Shown here: positions 50,063-62,778 of the stretch, in pieces | Layout of the letters: each line of letters begins with the position of its first letter | Position numbering within the stretch: the stretch's first letter is position 1 | Assembly (NCBI RefSeq): GCF_002113885.1 | Contig: NW_018406352.1 | Location: 126,196-190,195, forward strand | Direction: 5' to 3' | Source of the DNA: Mizuhopecten yessoensis | Lineage: Eukaryota | Length of the DNA stretch: 64,000 nucleotides | Notes under the pieces: model-generated | The model's database searches: none | What the model was told of the DNA's origin: nothing | What the model saw: the letters and a program-made list of their open reading frames with translations, nothing else | Position numbers and translations under genes: made by a program

Positions 50063-52399
50063 ACCTCGTTGTCCTTACTACGCCCTATGTACTGTCTTCT
50101 ATTGAAGTTTTACTATTGTGTAGACCAGTATACGTATTGTGATTTGTCGTAATGACATTTGTGAATATGTGTATATACTTCATAATACTTTTATCTTATT
50201 ACGATGTGTTATCTGAATGGAATTTACCTCTGTTTGAACATTGTACGTGCATGTGATGTCAATTAACATGATTACAAAATCACAAAGGGGAATTTAAAAC
50301 ACTGTTGTACACACCACACTGATTACAATGTTGTGATAAAGCGGTATACATGTATAAATACCTCGAATTATTATTTATTATTATAAGATTAAATTAATGT
50401 TGAAAAAAACGTTGCCATTTCTAGAATAAACTGCTTATCATTAAGTATTATAACTAGACAACTGGTAAATGATGACCATATTTAGGGAAACGATGCCTAG
50501 TGGCACCTAGAAAAGATCGTTTTGTTGTCCTATTCAGGCTCAATATTTCTAATCATTCTGCTGATTTAAAAGCTAGAGATATATTTAATAGCATGAATAT
50601 TAACACACTGGTATGTATTGAAAACGCTACATTTTGTTGTTGTGAAGGGATATTAAAATAAAGAAATACATATATAAATACTGTAAGACTCCCTGTCCGA
50701 CTGCAGGTAAAACACTGGAAATTTCGCTGTAGATATTTCTACACATTACCTGTCCTTGATTTCGTTTTGACCATATTGCTGCTGATAGTGCAGAACTATG
50801 TCAGGACACTTGTATTGATTAGCCAGTTCAGCTGGTTAAAACAACTATTGTAAACCAGGTCCAGGGTTCGAATCCTGTTTGTCTAAACGCTGTTGTTGAT
50901 TTTGATAAAAATTTTTTTTGTTTCTTCTGTTTTGTTTTCATAAAAGCCCAAAAAGGTTGTAGTTGCCTTTCAGAGAATAATTTTGAAAATCGTTTTTGAT
51001 GCTAGTTACAAAGGTTCCAATTCACAGTTAAATTGCTGGTAATGGTACGACGATCTTAAAAAATACTGTAATTTCAAGTATAAATAAACAAGTCTTATAC
51101 GATTAAAGCTGTATAGGAAACACATGAATGCATATATTTTACTCTCGCCGATATATGAATTTTATGATTTGATTTTAAATACAGATGAATCCTTTAAGCA
51201 CAATAAATTACACAGTAACTTATCAATCCGTGATCACATGTATCTGCTTCTATTGCTTGCTATACGAGTTTATGCTCTGTAGTACAAATTGTAGCATGGC
51301 CACTGTAAGTCAGTTAATTACATCGAAAGATTCCTCTGGCCTGATCAATGCGCACAAATAAACCAAGAGGATTGCTCCAAAATTTACTTTCCTAATAAAG
51401 CTCTTTGTATTCATACACTGTAAGATTATGTATGAGTGTGTAAACATATCCTCGTCATAATATACCTGTTATAGTGTAAGATGTTTGAAAATGCAATCGA
51501 AAGTATTATTATAACGGCTGTACTGTATTGTAATGGAAAAGTGAATGTTGTATAGAGTATTTAGATCTGTCAAGAATCTCTTTTCATTCAGCACAAGTCT
51601 TAATTTGAAATCGATTCAATCTATACAGTGTTTTGATTGCTTACATAGCAAAATCTGCATTTCCATTGAAATTTGTACATAGGTGGACACAATAGATAGC
51701 AATACCTGGTATTAGGAGGAACTGTTTTCGAATAATTTATTGAAACGCCTTCGGAAAGAAAAAATTGCATCCACGTGATCCAAATAAATAGCATAGCAGT
51801 GAACATCTTGTTATATTAATCGTACGTCACAGTGAGATTAGGACATAATATAATGATGTTAACGGCTTGCCAGAAGAAAATAATTATGTATAACATTTAT
51901 GAAAGTCTGACAAAAAATATGCCCACCAGAGTGATCACAAGTTTAAGTAAAAATGACCTTGATCTTTGGCCGATGACGACCATACTTCATCTTATCAAAG
52001 GTTTTTCGAACGGAAACATAACTTTGAAGCTAATCTGTCAGGAAATAGCGGATTGATGTCAAGGTGTGCATGAACGAACGGATGGACAGAGAGGACAGAA
52101 ACATATCACTTCTACTTCGTAAAGCGTGAATTTCAGAAAACCTATAACATAGTTTATAGATTTGTCAAAAGATATTAAATAGTTGTTCAATTTGAACTGG
52201 ACAGCAGTGACCTACTTATAAAACATAAACGTGAGAAACAGCAGAATTTTAATACAAAATATAATACATTTGTACCATATTCTTTAATATTTCTTTAATA
52301 AATAAACAACACGAGAATAATGAAATGTCAACAAAGCCATTATTCGAACTCAAAATTGATTAAGCAATTGGAAAACATTAATAAATGACAGATTGACAT

Positions 52400-54200
52400 G
52401 AAGATCCTTGAAATTTACGGTGTTCCGGTAGTATAAGCCTTTCTGTGTCATCGACGACACCCACCGCGTAAACTTAGGTCAACTCCAAGTAATGTCACTT
52501 CCTCACATCATGAACCTGGAAGGTGATAACAAAACAAGCAAGGCACACCAGAGAACATTACCAAAACAGCGTCCATCACACAAACACCATAGATAGGTTA
52601 CAATGATGTTACCGTCAGAGAAGGAAAGTTCACATAAAATGGAAACTGTCCTGCTTATCGTACAGCTTACAAGTAAGCCGTCCGTGCAGACGAATTCTTG
52701 ATTCCAAGCTCAGGAGGGTGTGGTCTCTACTTTTCTTATTTTTCGAAGACAGCACATTGTCAATATAAACTGAAGGCTTTAGCTAGGTTATTATTAACAC
52801 TACTCAGTGAAATTCAGCCCCATACAACATCAAAAACGAATCGGCAGGAAGAGGGGCACAGTTCATTCCAATGGAAATGTCTACAGCCTGCCGGAAAATC
52901 TTGCCACCAAACTCACAAAAGTTTATTTCAAGCAGAAACTCAATGATTCTCGCAATCTTATCCTCGGTATATTTCAATTTGATGTCAGGTAAGGGAGGGT
53001 AAAGTGTCGGAATGCAAACATTTTTTAAAAAGAAATATTTTTGAAAGGAGGATTTTCAGGATTGAACAAAATAATGTTATAAGTCTTCAATATCCACCTT
53101 CCATATATTTCGCTTCTTTAGAATATGGTGCCGAAATTCTGCTCTAATCCTGGTTAGATGGTACTGAAAATGAAAGCGAGAAGTTTTGATCATGACTTGG
53201 TTTATAAACTGAAAAATGTAGTGATAAAACTTTCTATAAGTATTCTTTTGAAGTTTTGGAATCCAAAACAAACGAAGTACGTCCGTATCCTAATTATGAA
53301 TGGGTATTGTAGTACAGAGTCGCGATTTGCTAGTAATTTGTCTTTTGAACATTTGGAATGTTTCTATGTAGGTTTCATTGGTTATGAAGCAAAAACTTTA
53401 TTATTTTTACAAGTAGGCAAGATAATAGTGTTTGCAGACAACAATTAAGTAGTTAGATGCTTTAATTGCAGACACAACTTCATACCTACCATAAAGATTG
53501 TTGACTGTGGGTTGGACACCGCGTTAAAGAAATGCAGACTTCTGTTTTGTTTTCATTTTAGATATAAAATCAGTCACTAATTTTAGGAATAATGGTCCTG
53601 ATATATTTGACCCAATCTGAAAGTGAATCAGATCAGTAGCTATTGTTTTGCCCTTGTCTTCAATGGAATTCATTCATTAGTATCTTGAAATTTTCATCCA
53701 AGTTGATAGTGAGTCTCTCGATACTTGGGGCCCTTCATGAAATGATCTCGTAGCTTTGCATCATGGATAATATTAAGATCGCAAGTAACTACGTGTTCAT
53801 CCGAACCTACTTGTATTGGGATGTGGAGCAAAGCAAAGCCGAAGGGAGATATTCTATAGTCATTTGAATTCAGCTGTTTTACCTTTAGCTTGTAATTAAA
53901 AAGCTTGGAAAGAATGGCATAAGAATAAGTGTAATTATTGTTTGGGTACCGTAGTTAGTACATGTATGCTTGCTGCTATGTTTATGTAACGAAATGTAAC
54001 ATCAGACAACTTCACCACGTCATTTTTTATGCAGGATTGATTGATCTAAGGAAGAACCCATTTCCTGAAAATTTATTACCTTTATTTCCTGCCAAAAGAA
54101 ACAATGGTTATGATCTACTTCTGAAGTACTTACATGGGTACTATCTTTTTAAATACATAGGAATGTTTCGTAATGCTTTTGGAATCAGAGGGATGGAAAT
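52400..54200 (-). mobile_element. Degenerate Penelope-like retroelement fragment
   Basis: Minus-strand peptides DLNIIHDAKLRDHFMKGPKYRE and FWIPKLQKNTYR resemble the GPKYREP and YWIPKLHK motifs of Penelope-like RTs; boundaries approximate. Confidence 0.55.
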
Positions 54201-55859
54201 TTATCAAAAAATGATTTTTTTCATAAACTTTGTATAGACATAAAACCTTGCTACCCAGGGTAAACACAATCAGAGATTTTGACCTTAAATTACCTTAGGA
54301 CATTAAACCAAATAAAAACCAACCTATGGACAGCCAGGCGTTTGGACCCATGACTATTGTATGATGGTTTAGGAGTAGATATGACAATATGGTTGATAAT
54401 CATTATATGCTTAATAGCGATGTGGTTTGTGTTATATCGTTTAAAATACTTTTAAATATAACGTCATCGGAACTTTAGATAAGATGTACGACTGATTGTG
54501 CATTAGCCGATCGACATTGTGACCTACATTCTGACCGAGATGTAAGAAATCATCGTTTCATTTAATTATATATTTATTTAGCAGACAAATGAAGGACGAC
54601 GACCTCGCAGTGCCAGCACCGGATAGCACACTCTGATTACGCTGTAGATATTTGTTATCATCTAAACGCTGTTTTTGTCATACCTTAGATGTTTATAAAT
54701 ACAAGTGTCACGTTCGTTTGTGTCGCTATAAAATAGATGTGACCTAATCAACGGGCACTCAAGCGTAATGGGTGGGTCCAGCGGTAGAGATTTGCTCCCA
54801 ACCTAAACCTTCTAATTAATATATGTCATCTCAAAACATTGGAAGTAACATTAAGTATTTGACTTTTTTATTGGCACATTCTTGGTTTGACCTTTGTGTT
54901 TTTTAATTCTGTTTGTCAGTTTATTCTACTTTTTTTAAGTTCTGAAAGGTAAGAGCTCCTTTTTAGAAATAAAATATCAAATTCTTTGTCTGTTTGTAGT
55001 AAAATTGTTTCCAATTCATAGTAAGAGTCTTTGCAGAGGTACGAGAATCCTTAAGTATGTACTGTTGTTACGAGTATACCTGACCAGGTCGTGCACCCCC
55101 TTGGTAACAGGACAGACCATTCTATGACTAGGAAGGAATACACAATGCGTAAAATGTTCATTTTGGTATAATAATATTCCAGAACAGATAAACTGAATCA
55201 ATTCGTCTAACACACAACAAGTTGATATGTGGAATAAGAAAAGAAAAAAACCCTCAATAGATCCACTCTCCTTCTTCGCCTCTATCTTTCTTATTTATAC
55301 CCCTAAAACTTTTATGGTACAGCATTTCCTGGTGAGAACGTGTTATGAACGGAATTGAAAAAGTCTGGGTATTGCACTGAAAATTATTCGATTTAAAGTT
55401 TGTTCATATTATGTAAGTGACCGGTACATAAAAGGTGTAATACTATAGTGTGTATCAAAGGGATAATGACCTATTAATATATTCGTGTTAAGCGTGCATA
55501 CATATGTAGATGCAAACATGTATTTTACTGCCATGTTATTGGCAAGTCATAACACAGAAATATGTGTTGTCGAAAATGATAATTTATTTATCTTAATACA
55601 AGTAATCAAAGTATGCCAAATTATTACAAATATATATATATATCTTGATAGCAATTTAAGGTATCAGATTAATAAATCAACATTAGATGGGAGATATCCA
55701 TTATAAAATTTCACTTAAGGATACATACATTAATAATTTTCCTAGGTCTGTAGTGTTTTTATACTGAGTTCCCATTCTTTTGTTGCCCTTATGCTTCGTA
55801 TAGCGTTAAGTACAAGTAAATGTATCGCGGTTTACCTACGCCTTCTGAGTATAATATAT

Positions 55860-55945
55860 TATATAATATACAACATTTATATATCGCCCTATATAATTTG
55901 TAAAATTACTCTAAAGCGCTTTACAACATGTAGATAATAGTATTA
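55860..55945 (-). mobile_element. 3' tail fragment of the same L2-like LINE
   Basis: Reverse complement of the 44925-45000 tail (ctctaaagcgctttaca); a related tail lies at 32895-32960. Confidence 0.6.
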
Positions 55946-57292
55946 GATATCGTTGTTACAAAAGGCTTACAATCATCATTATACATTAGGCATAAAGATA
56001 TTCATTTGAATGTGCACATAAACGAATTAATAAAGGGTGGAACAACATAACGAGTACAACAACTTAAAGGATTAAAAGACAAACTCGAATTGACATTGAC
56101 AATAGAATAAATTAAACCAATTAGTAAAAGGAGTTAACATAAGAAAAAAAAAATGCTTTCATCAAATAGACTGTATCAATAATTCTGTATAGTACATAAA
56201 AACAATAATGTATGTGATTTGGGAAAAATAATTGAGAGTCATAACTTCGTAAGATGTTGTGAGGTAATAAAATAAACATCAACATAGCCTAGTTATTGTG
56301 AACGACACATTGTCAGTTCTATGTTTAACAGTGCAGGATAATCAGTCAGCTGGCATTAAATAAAAAGCCACATTGAAAACACGTACGTCTGTACGTGTGT
56401 ACAGTATGAAAACGATATCACAACATTTTTCTTTGCAAATATATTCACGACTAGACATTTTAATCTAGAACAATGCATCATCTAAATGACAACGTATTGA
56501 TATCATAATGACAAACTGACAGCGAGGTCAGTGGTATGTTCTGTTCCTTAAATGTGTTACAATTAGTACCTTAGATTGTGTGTTGATTATATATATACAA
56601 TATGGATTTTAAAACTAATGAAATCGTTTTGGAGAACACACAGATAGTTAGATAACATGCACTGAATGGGACAAGTCACAAATCAATTGTCTGTTTACTT
56701 ACAATTGTCGTTAGGACATATGTCAACATTGAGATAGCTTACACTGATAATGCACAAACGGTTAAATCTTCAGTTAACTTTTTTTGATCAAGTAACGGAA
56801 AAGTCAACGGAAAGTTACAACAAATCATTCAGATATATAACACTTAACAATAAAGAGATTAACTAATTAATCAAATTGATCAGAAAGCAGACAAATAAGC
56901 TGTCGATAACTGTAAAATGGAAATGGGATATATTTTATTGATCTATAATATGTAAAACCTATAAATAAATATTCGCGTTTGGAAATTATCGCGCTAAGTT
57001 ACACAATGCGAAGATTTGCACACCACCAAGATGGCCATTGGTGCAGTAACTGATACTTATCACAAGGTGACACGTCATTTTTTACTTAACTTGCATAATA
57101 TCATTAGGGGACACGTTAACAGATTGTTAACCTACATCCAAGGTCATTAAGGTCATTCCTTTGACCAATTGTTTACTGTGTCTTCTGTTCTGCCGGACTG
57201 ACAACAACGAGAGCGATCAATGATAGATTTGACTGTAATAACAGAGACTCTAAATATATGAACTATTTACAACCGAAGAGCGCATTGCTATC

Positions 57293-58927
57293 TCACTTAC
57301 AATATTTGAGGATTTTAATTGTAATATGTCCCTCATCATCTTCCATCTGTGACCACAGTGTTTTCCCAGACCCTATGCTTATCGCACCTTTATATTCTTC
57401 ACCCGAGTCCAATGTTCTCAGGTACTGGCCAGTCCCAGTTAACAATTCTATTGTATGCCCCTTCACATCCGCTATAATCAGGTTTCCAAAGGAATCGTAG
57501 AGAACTGACCATGGACCGAAAGTTTCTGGTGTAACAGGCTCCTGTCCCTGGATCCCTTCCCCTCTGTAGTCAAATAGGTGATTGAGGGTTCTGTCATATA
57601 CGCCGATATGCATTGTTGAGTTATATGGGAATTCTTCACTCTCTTCGTTATCTATAATGTGTACCACAGCTATGTTTCCTGTCACTGAACAGCTGGATAT
57701 TTTAAATGGTGGTAAGAAGTCTGATTGTTCCGCTTTCGTGATAGTGTGTAGAACAGATCCTGTGACTGTGTGTAAAGATAAACTGTTTTCTGTACCCACA
57801 ATTACACCACTATTGGTAATGCCTAGACAAGATGGTTTGTCGTCTGTTTTGAACTGTGGTACAGGTGTGGCTGGTTCTTGTATTTCATATATAGTTCTAT
57901 CATCACAACAGAACCAGAGACGACCCGTTTCAAGGGACACACATATATCATAGATAATATTTTGAAGTTCAATTTTCTGTTTTGTTTCACCTTTATCATT
58001 GATCTGAAGCACTAATTCCCCGCCATCATCCAGTATCCAGAGGTTACCTTCTGGTGTTAAACTCATTGACAGAGCTGCTGCTGAGACTGGAAACTGTGAT
58101 ATAATAATTGAGTTATCGAGTAGTTCATTCAAAGGAGGTTGACATATTGACTTCCCAGCGTGAATGCATGCTTTCTCGATGTCAGTGTGACCAGCAGAAC
58201 TCCCTTGACATTGGTTTAATGTGTCGATGGTGGATGTAGCAGCCACGAGTGTTTGTGAAGGGCCGGTAGAACCTGTGGTAAATTTACCGATTGCCTGTTT
58301 GAGATGATCAGTGATTGTTGTACAAGGTGTGTATTGGCAGGTTTGTAATACAGGTGGGTTGGTATCTGTGTAACTCCCAAGTGTATCAAAGTCAGTGTCA
58401 AATATCTCAACATCTGTGCTTGTTTGTAGAGCCTCCTTACATTCTTCTACTTCTGAAAATACAATATCATATCTGTGTTGTTTGTCTTTCTTCTGATGTC
58501 GTAATAACTCCAAATTACTTCCCTCCATTTCATCACAAATACAAGTGAAGCCTGCTATCAGTTCATCTATTTCTTGTTTACATTTTTCACCTTGGAGCTT
58601 CATATTTGAGGAAACTGTCTTGAATTCTGAAGAAGTTTCTGTCATTAGGTGTTCTTTTGATATGAGGTCATCTTTAAGATGAGGAAGTGTGTTCTTTTCT
58701 GATAGGTTGACGAAATCCAGCATGACCGTTTTTTTCTCCTGAGCAACGACGCTAAGTTCCTCCAGGTTGTGAGTCTTGTGAACAGATTTTATACAGCAAG
58801 TTGTACACATAAGAATTTTACAATCCTGACAAACATACACAACATCTTTCATTCTGTGGTTGGGACACTTCGTACTACCTTTCTGTCTGACAGTCTCCTG
58901 GTGAGAGCCATATATTGCAGCAGCCAT
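57293..58927 (-). CDS. TRIM-like protein copy D, 544 aa
   Basis: Intact ORF with the same B-box/coiled-coil/NHL-like layout. Confidence 0.9.
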   Translation of the reverse strand: MAAAIYGSHQETVRQKGSTKCPNHRMKDVVYVCQDCKILMCTTCCIKSVHKTHNLEELSVVAQEKKTVMLDFVNLSEKNTLPHLKDDLISKEHLMTETSSEFKTVSSNMKLQGEKCKQEIDELIAGFTCICDEMEGSNLELLRHQKKDKQHRYDIVFSEVEECKEALQTSTDVEIFDTDFDTLGSYTDTNPPVLQTCQYTPCTTITDHLKQAIGKFTTGSTGPSQTLVAATSTIDTLNQCQGSSAGHTDIEKACIHAGKSICQPPLNELLDNSIIISQFPVSAAALSMSLTPEGNLWILDDGGELVLQINDKGETKQKIELQNIIYDICVSLETGRLWFCCDDRTIYEIQEPATPVPQFKTDDKPSCLGITNSGVIVGTENSLSLHTVTGSVLHTITKAEQSDFLPPFKISSCSVTGNIAVVHIIDNEESEEFPYNSTMHIGVYDRTLNHLFDYRGEGIQGQEPVTPETFGPWSVLYDSFGNLIIADVKGHTIELLTGTGQYLRTLDSGEEYKGAISIGSGKTLWSQMEDDEGHITIKILKYCK

Positions 58928-59464
58928 ATCTCGTTTTGTGTATCAATATCTACTGTTCAGCCATTTTGTCGAATAAACCAGGAAGGTGTTTTTTTATCTG
59001 TATTCATACCGAGGTTTGACGTAATGTCCTGTCTGTTGTCTGTCTATTTATATATTGTCTTTATATATTTTTACGACCTTTAAACCGAATGGAATTTGCG
59101 TTTGATTTGAAACAATGTATATACGCGTGTCGCCTTTCAGTCTGACAACAAAGGTACTCACTGGAATTTAAATTACTGAATACGTTGTGCATTTAAAGCT
59201 CTTATCACAAGACATGTGTGTGCTTCATAGTTTAAATCTAGTCCGAATTATTCTGATGTTTTATCGACTTTTTCATATCGGTCTGTCGTCGATTAACGTC
59301 AGAACTCCGGCCCTCTATAATGTCAGAAATATCCCTCAATTTACGAATAAAAACTTGGAATCTTCATATGAAATTTGTGAAAGGTCTGTCAAGTAACTCT
59401 TGAGAAATAACTATTAACTGTTATAATCCTATATAGTTACCTGAAGGATTGGGAATTCCATAGG

Positions 59465-59565
59465 AGGAAGATGACGAGGGAAATTACAGTTTAGCCCCTC
59501 AAAAACTGGAAGTGAGATAGCAATGCGTTCCCCTGTTGTGAATTATATATATCATTACGTATCTC
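59465..59565 (+). pseudogene. Inverted TRIM-like 3'-end fragment
   Basis: gaagatgacgaggg...cctcaaa...aagtgagatagcaatgcgttc matches the stop region of copies A/C/D, but on the opposite strand. Confidence 0.65.
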
Positions 59566-62500
59566 GGCTCAAAACTTCACTTCCATCACAGTTCCATCTC
59601 GTGGATACCCGCGATACAGTACAGACATACAGAATATGAATTTAAAACATATTATTGTGATGAAGTAGTTTTAGCAAATTATTTCTCAATAGACACACAT
59701 GCCTTGTTGAACTTTATGAACAATAACCAAAACAAAATTAAGGAAAATAAACATGCATTTTTTTAAGAATGGAACGCAGCCAGACCAGGATTCGAACCCT
59801 GGACCTCCGAGCACTATAACAAGGTGAGTGAATAATTTGTAGTACCCTGGTCCAGTCTAACAGTTGCATCCAAAACAAAAATTATGGGGAGGTAACTCCA
59901 TTAATGAAACCTACTGTATAGCTCTATAGTTTTTTTCTACAGTTTAAAAGGGTTCCTATACTTGGAAAAGACAAAGTTTATAGACCTTAGTGTATATAGG
60001 TATAGATGTGGGATCGTGAAAAAGTGTGCGATCTCTATTGAATATACACATTATTAACTTCAAACAATAATTTTAAAGATGATTGATACAAAAAACAATA
60101 AGATAAACTGCCAATTAACAGAAAAATACTGATTGTTACATTTCAAATAAGCACGAAAATCGCCACCAACATAAAATAACAATAGAGTATAAAATCATAT
60201 TCAATGAATTTCTTTGAAAATGAACTTTGTTTTCGTCGATATTAAAAAAAAGTCATAGATGCAAAAATAACTACTTATAATTTTCCATGGTTAAAAGACG
60301 ATATCAGGCAAAATGGGCCTACGTTTGTATTTGATATTATTAGTTAACCTAGAAGTAATGAGATAATGAAGTTCAAGTAGACAATGATGATGTTAGCTTA
60401 CATAAAGACACTCAGGCAATCATACGTTTTGTTGGAGTTGTTGGTGAAATACACCAGTTGTACAAGGCTATAGTGTTTTACTAGTGCACTTTGGTGTAAT
60501 GGTTAGTCTGCATTCAGATTTATCGGGAAACGGAACAGACGTTTCAGTAAAGAGTTTCTCCTGTGAGCCTTGTACATCATGGAAGGCCTTTCCAACTCCA
60601 ACAACGTAGGATCCGGTAATATCAGGTAATATTTATGACACTGGGGCATTGTTATTAGGTCTTACCTGTTTTATTCTCCAACTCTTCACAGGTAAGTCTC
60701 CCAATTTGGCCAAGAGAGATGAGCTTTACTCTCATATCCGGTCATGTAAGATAACGTTGGCCATGTAAGATAATCATGCCTGCTGAGTCTATCTTACATG
60801 AGCGTGATGTCATAATGTCTCAACGATGACGTGGCGTCACGAATTTGGAAATACCGATGCCGCAATGCGTAAAAGGCAACGTGATGAAATTAAAACCTTT
60901 AACGATATATTTACCGTACACGTTTGAAAGAGGAAATTATTTTTTTCTCCGGAAACTCTGTTAGCAAATATAGGGTATGCTTAATGTCGCTGACGAAATA
61001 GTTTTCGTCAAAAAAGCTCTGGGGAAAAATTGATATTTTCAAAATGGTAGCCAGTCCAAACGCATTTTCATGGTTTCTGAGCTTATTCTGGTGGTTGGAA
61101 TGAGAGAAAAATACTCTTGCATGCCCAAGTGTGTAGGATAGGGAAATTCCACCCTGAAATTTGGCAAATTTGACGGCAAAGAAGATCTTATTTTGTCAAT
61201 GATTTGGAAAACGATATGAAGAGACCTAAATACAGTCAATACCTAATACTGTTTTCAATGTTTACATTTGACTTTTTGATCAATTGACACTATTGCAGGG
61301 GGCTATAAGAACGCTAGATTGAGCACAAAATCTATGCTTCATCATGATATTTTTTTATGAATACGGGCCCAGTATTTATATATATATAAATATAAATCAC
61401 ATGCTTATTATTAAAAGCCAACGTTGCAGTACACTATGAAATGTATATCAGCAGAACTATTAAGCATAAAACACGTTCAAGAACGTCATCTTACAAATAA
61501 GTCCCCGTGACTTTTATCGAAAAAACAAGAATTCTGTCAGAAATCGTTACGATGTTTGACATTTCAATTTCCACACTAAACACAATTCCCTGGTTACGGG
61601 TTCCTAATCATTGCCAATCAAAATACACAAATGTCTGGTTACACACATAGGATGCTTTAAATGTTCATTGGAACTCGTTAACATTAAACATTATAATCCC
61701 TGGTCACGGATAACGAATGAACTGATGACACAATTGTCTGGTGGTTACGGGTAACAAATCATTGCCATTCCAAATATACGGATCTCTCTGGTTCAGAATC
61801 GTACCGTAGTGTATTAAGTCCATTGACTCCCTGATTACAATCCTTTAGTTATGGATTCCGACATGTCCATTGCCACTACAAATCTCTGGATATCAATTGT
61901 ATTGGGACGAACCGTCCTTTTTATTTGTGCATTGCCACTCAAATCTAAAAATTCTCTGGTTATGAATCATCTTTTGTCCTTGCCACTCCAGCACGCAGGG
62001 CTCTGACTACTGGTCGCGAAAGTCTGGTGTTTGATTTTTCCATTGCTATAAAAACAAATCAAGTTTCCTTAAGGGAATTGTTTGTCGTTTCCTGTGTTCA
62101 TAGCTTCTCCAAATACATTTCGCATTTATCTTTTGGTCCGTTTTTTATCTGTTAGATGTTATGTTTTCATTGATACTAGTCACGTATTTTCTGATGTTTT
62201 TTATGCACATTGGTATTCCAAACACGTTTCTGATAACATTTTGCAAATCACATCGCTTTTACGTAATTTCTCTCTACTTGATGCATATTGTCTATCCTGT
62301 ACATAATTTGATGGTGGTAATCGGGAAGAAAACATACATAAGGACGTGACAAGACGTGTGTCTTCGATGAAGCAAATGACTTCAACTCTTCTGGGACACC
62401 TGGTCTTATTCTCCTTATATTGTGTCAGGAGTCATCATGTAAATCTTCCTTTGATCATATTTTGCTCTAGATTTTGAGATCAAATTAAGGTTTTGTTTAC

Positions 62501-62778
62501 ACTCCGTTATTTTCTCTTCTTCTTTTTGTGTCAGTTTCTGAATGTGCTGGATGTACTCTGTATTCACTTGCTAAATTTACTAAAATTCAAAGTGACTGTT
62601 CATATTTCCTTTACGTTTACATTCAATGTCACACAAAATATCAAAATTCGTGGTTACATAAAAAAATGCATGTTTCCAGTAACTTAAAGCAAGATGTATT
62701 AAAGTGAAAACCTAGTGTTCCTGTGATCACGTGTGCCTGTTGATATAATATTTCATGTACAATGTTTATCTGTCAATC

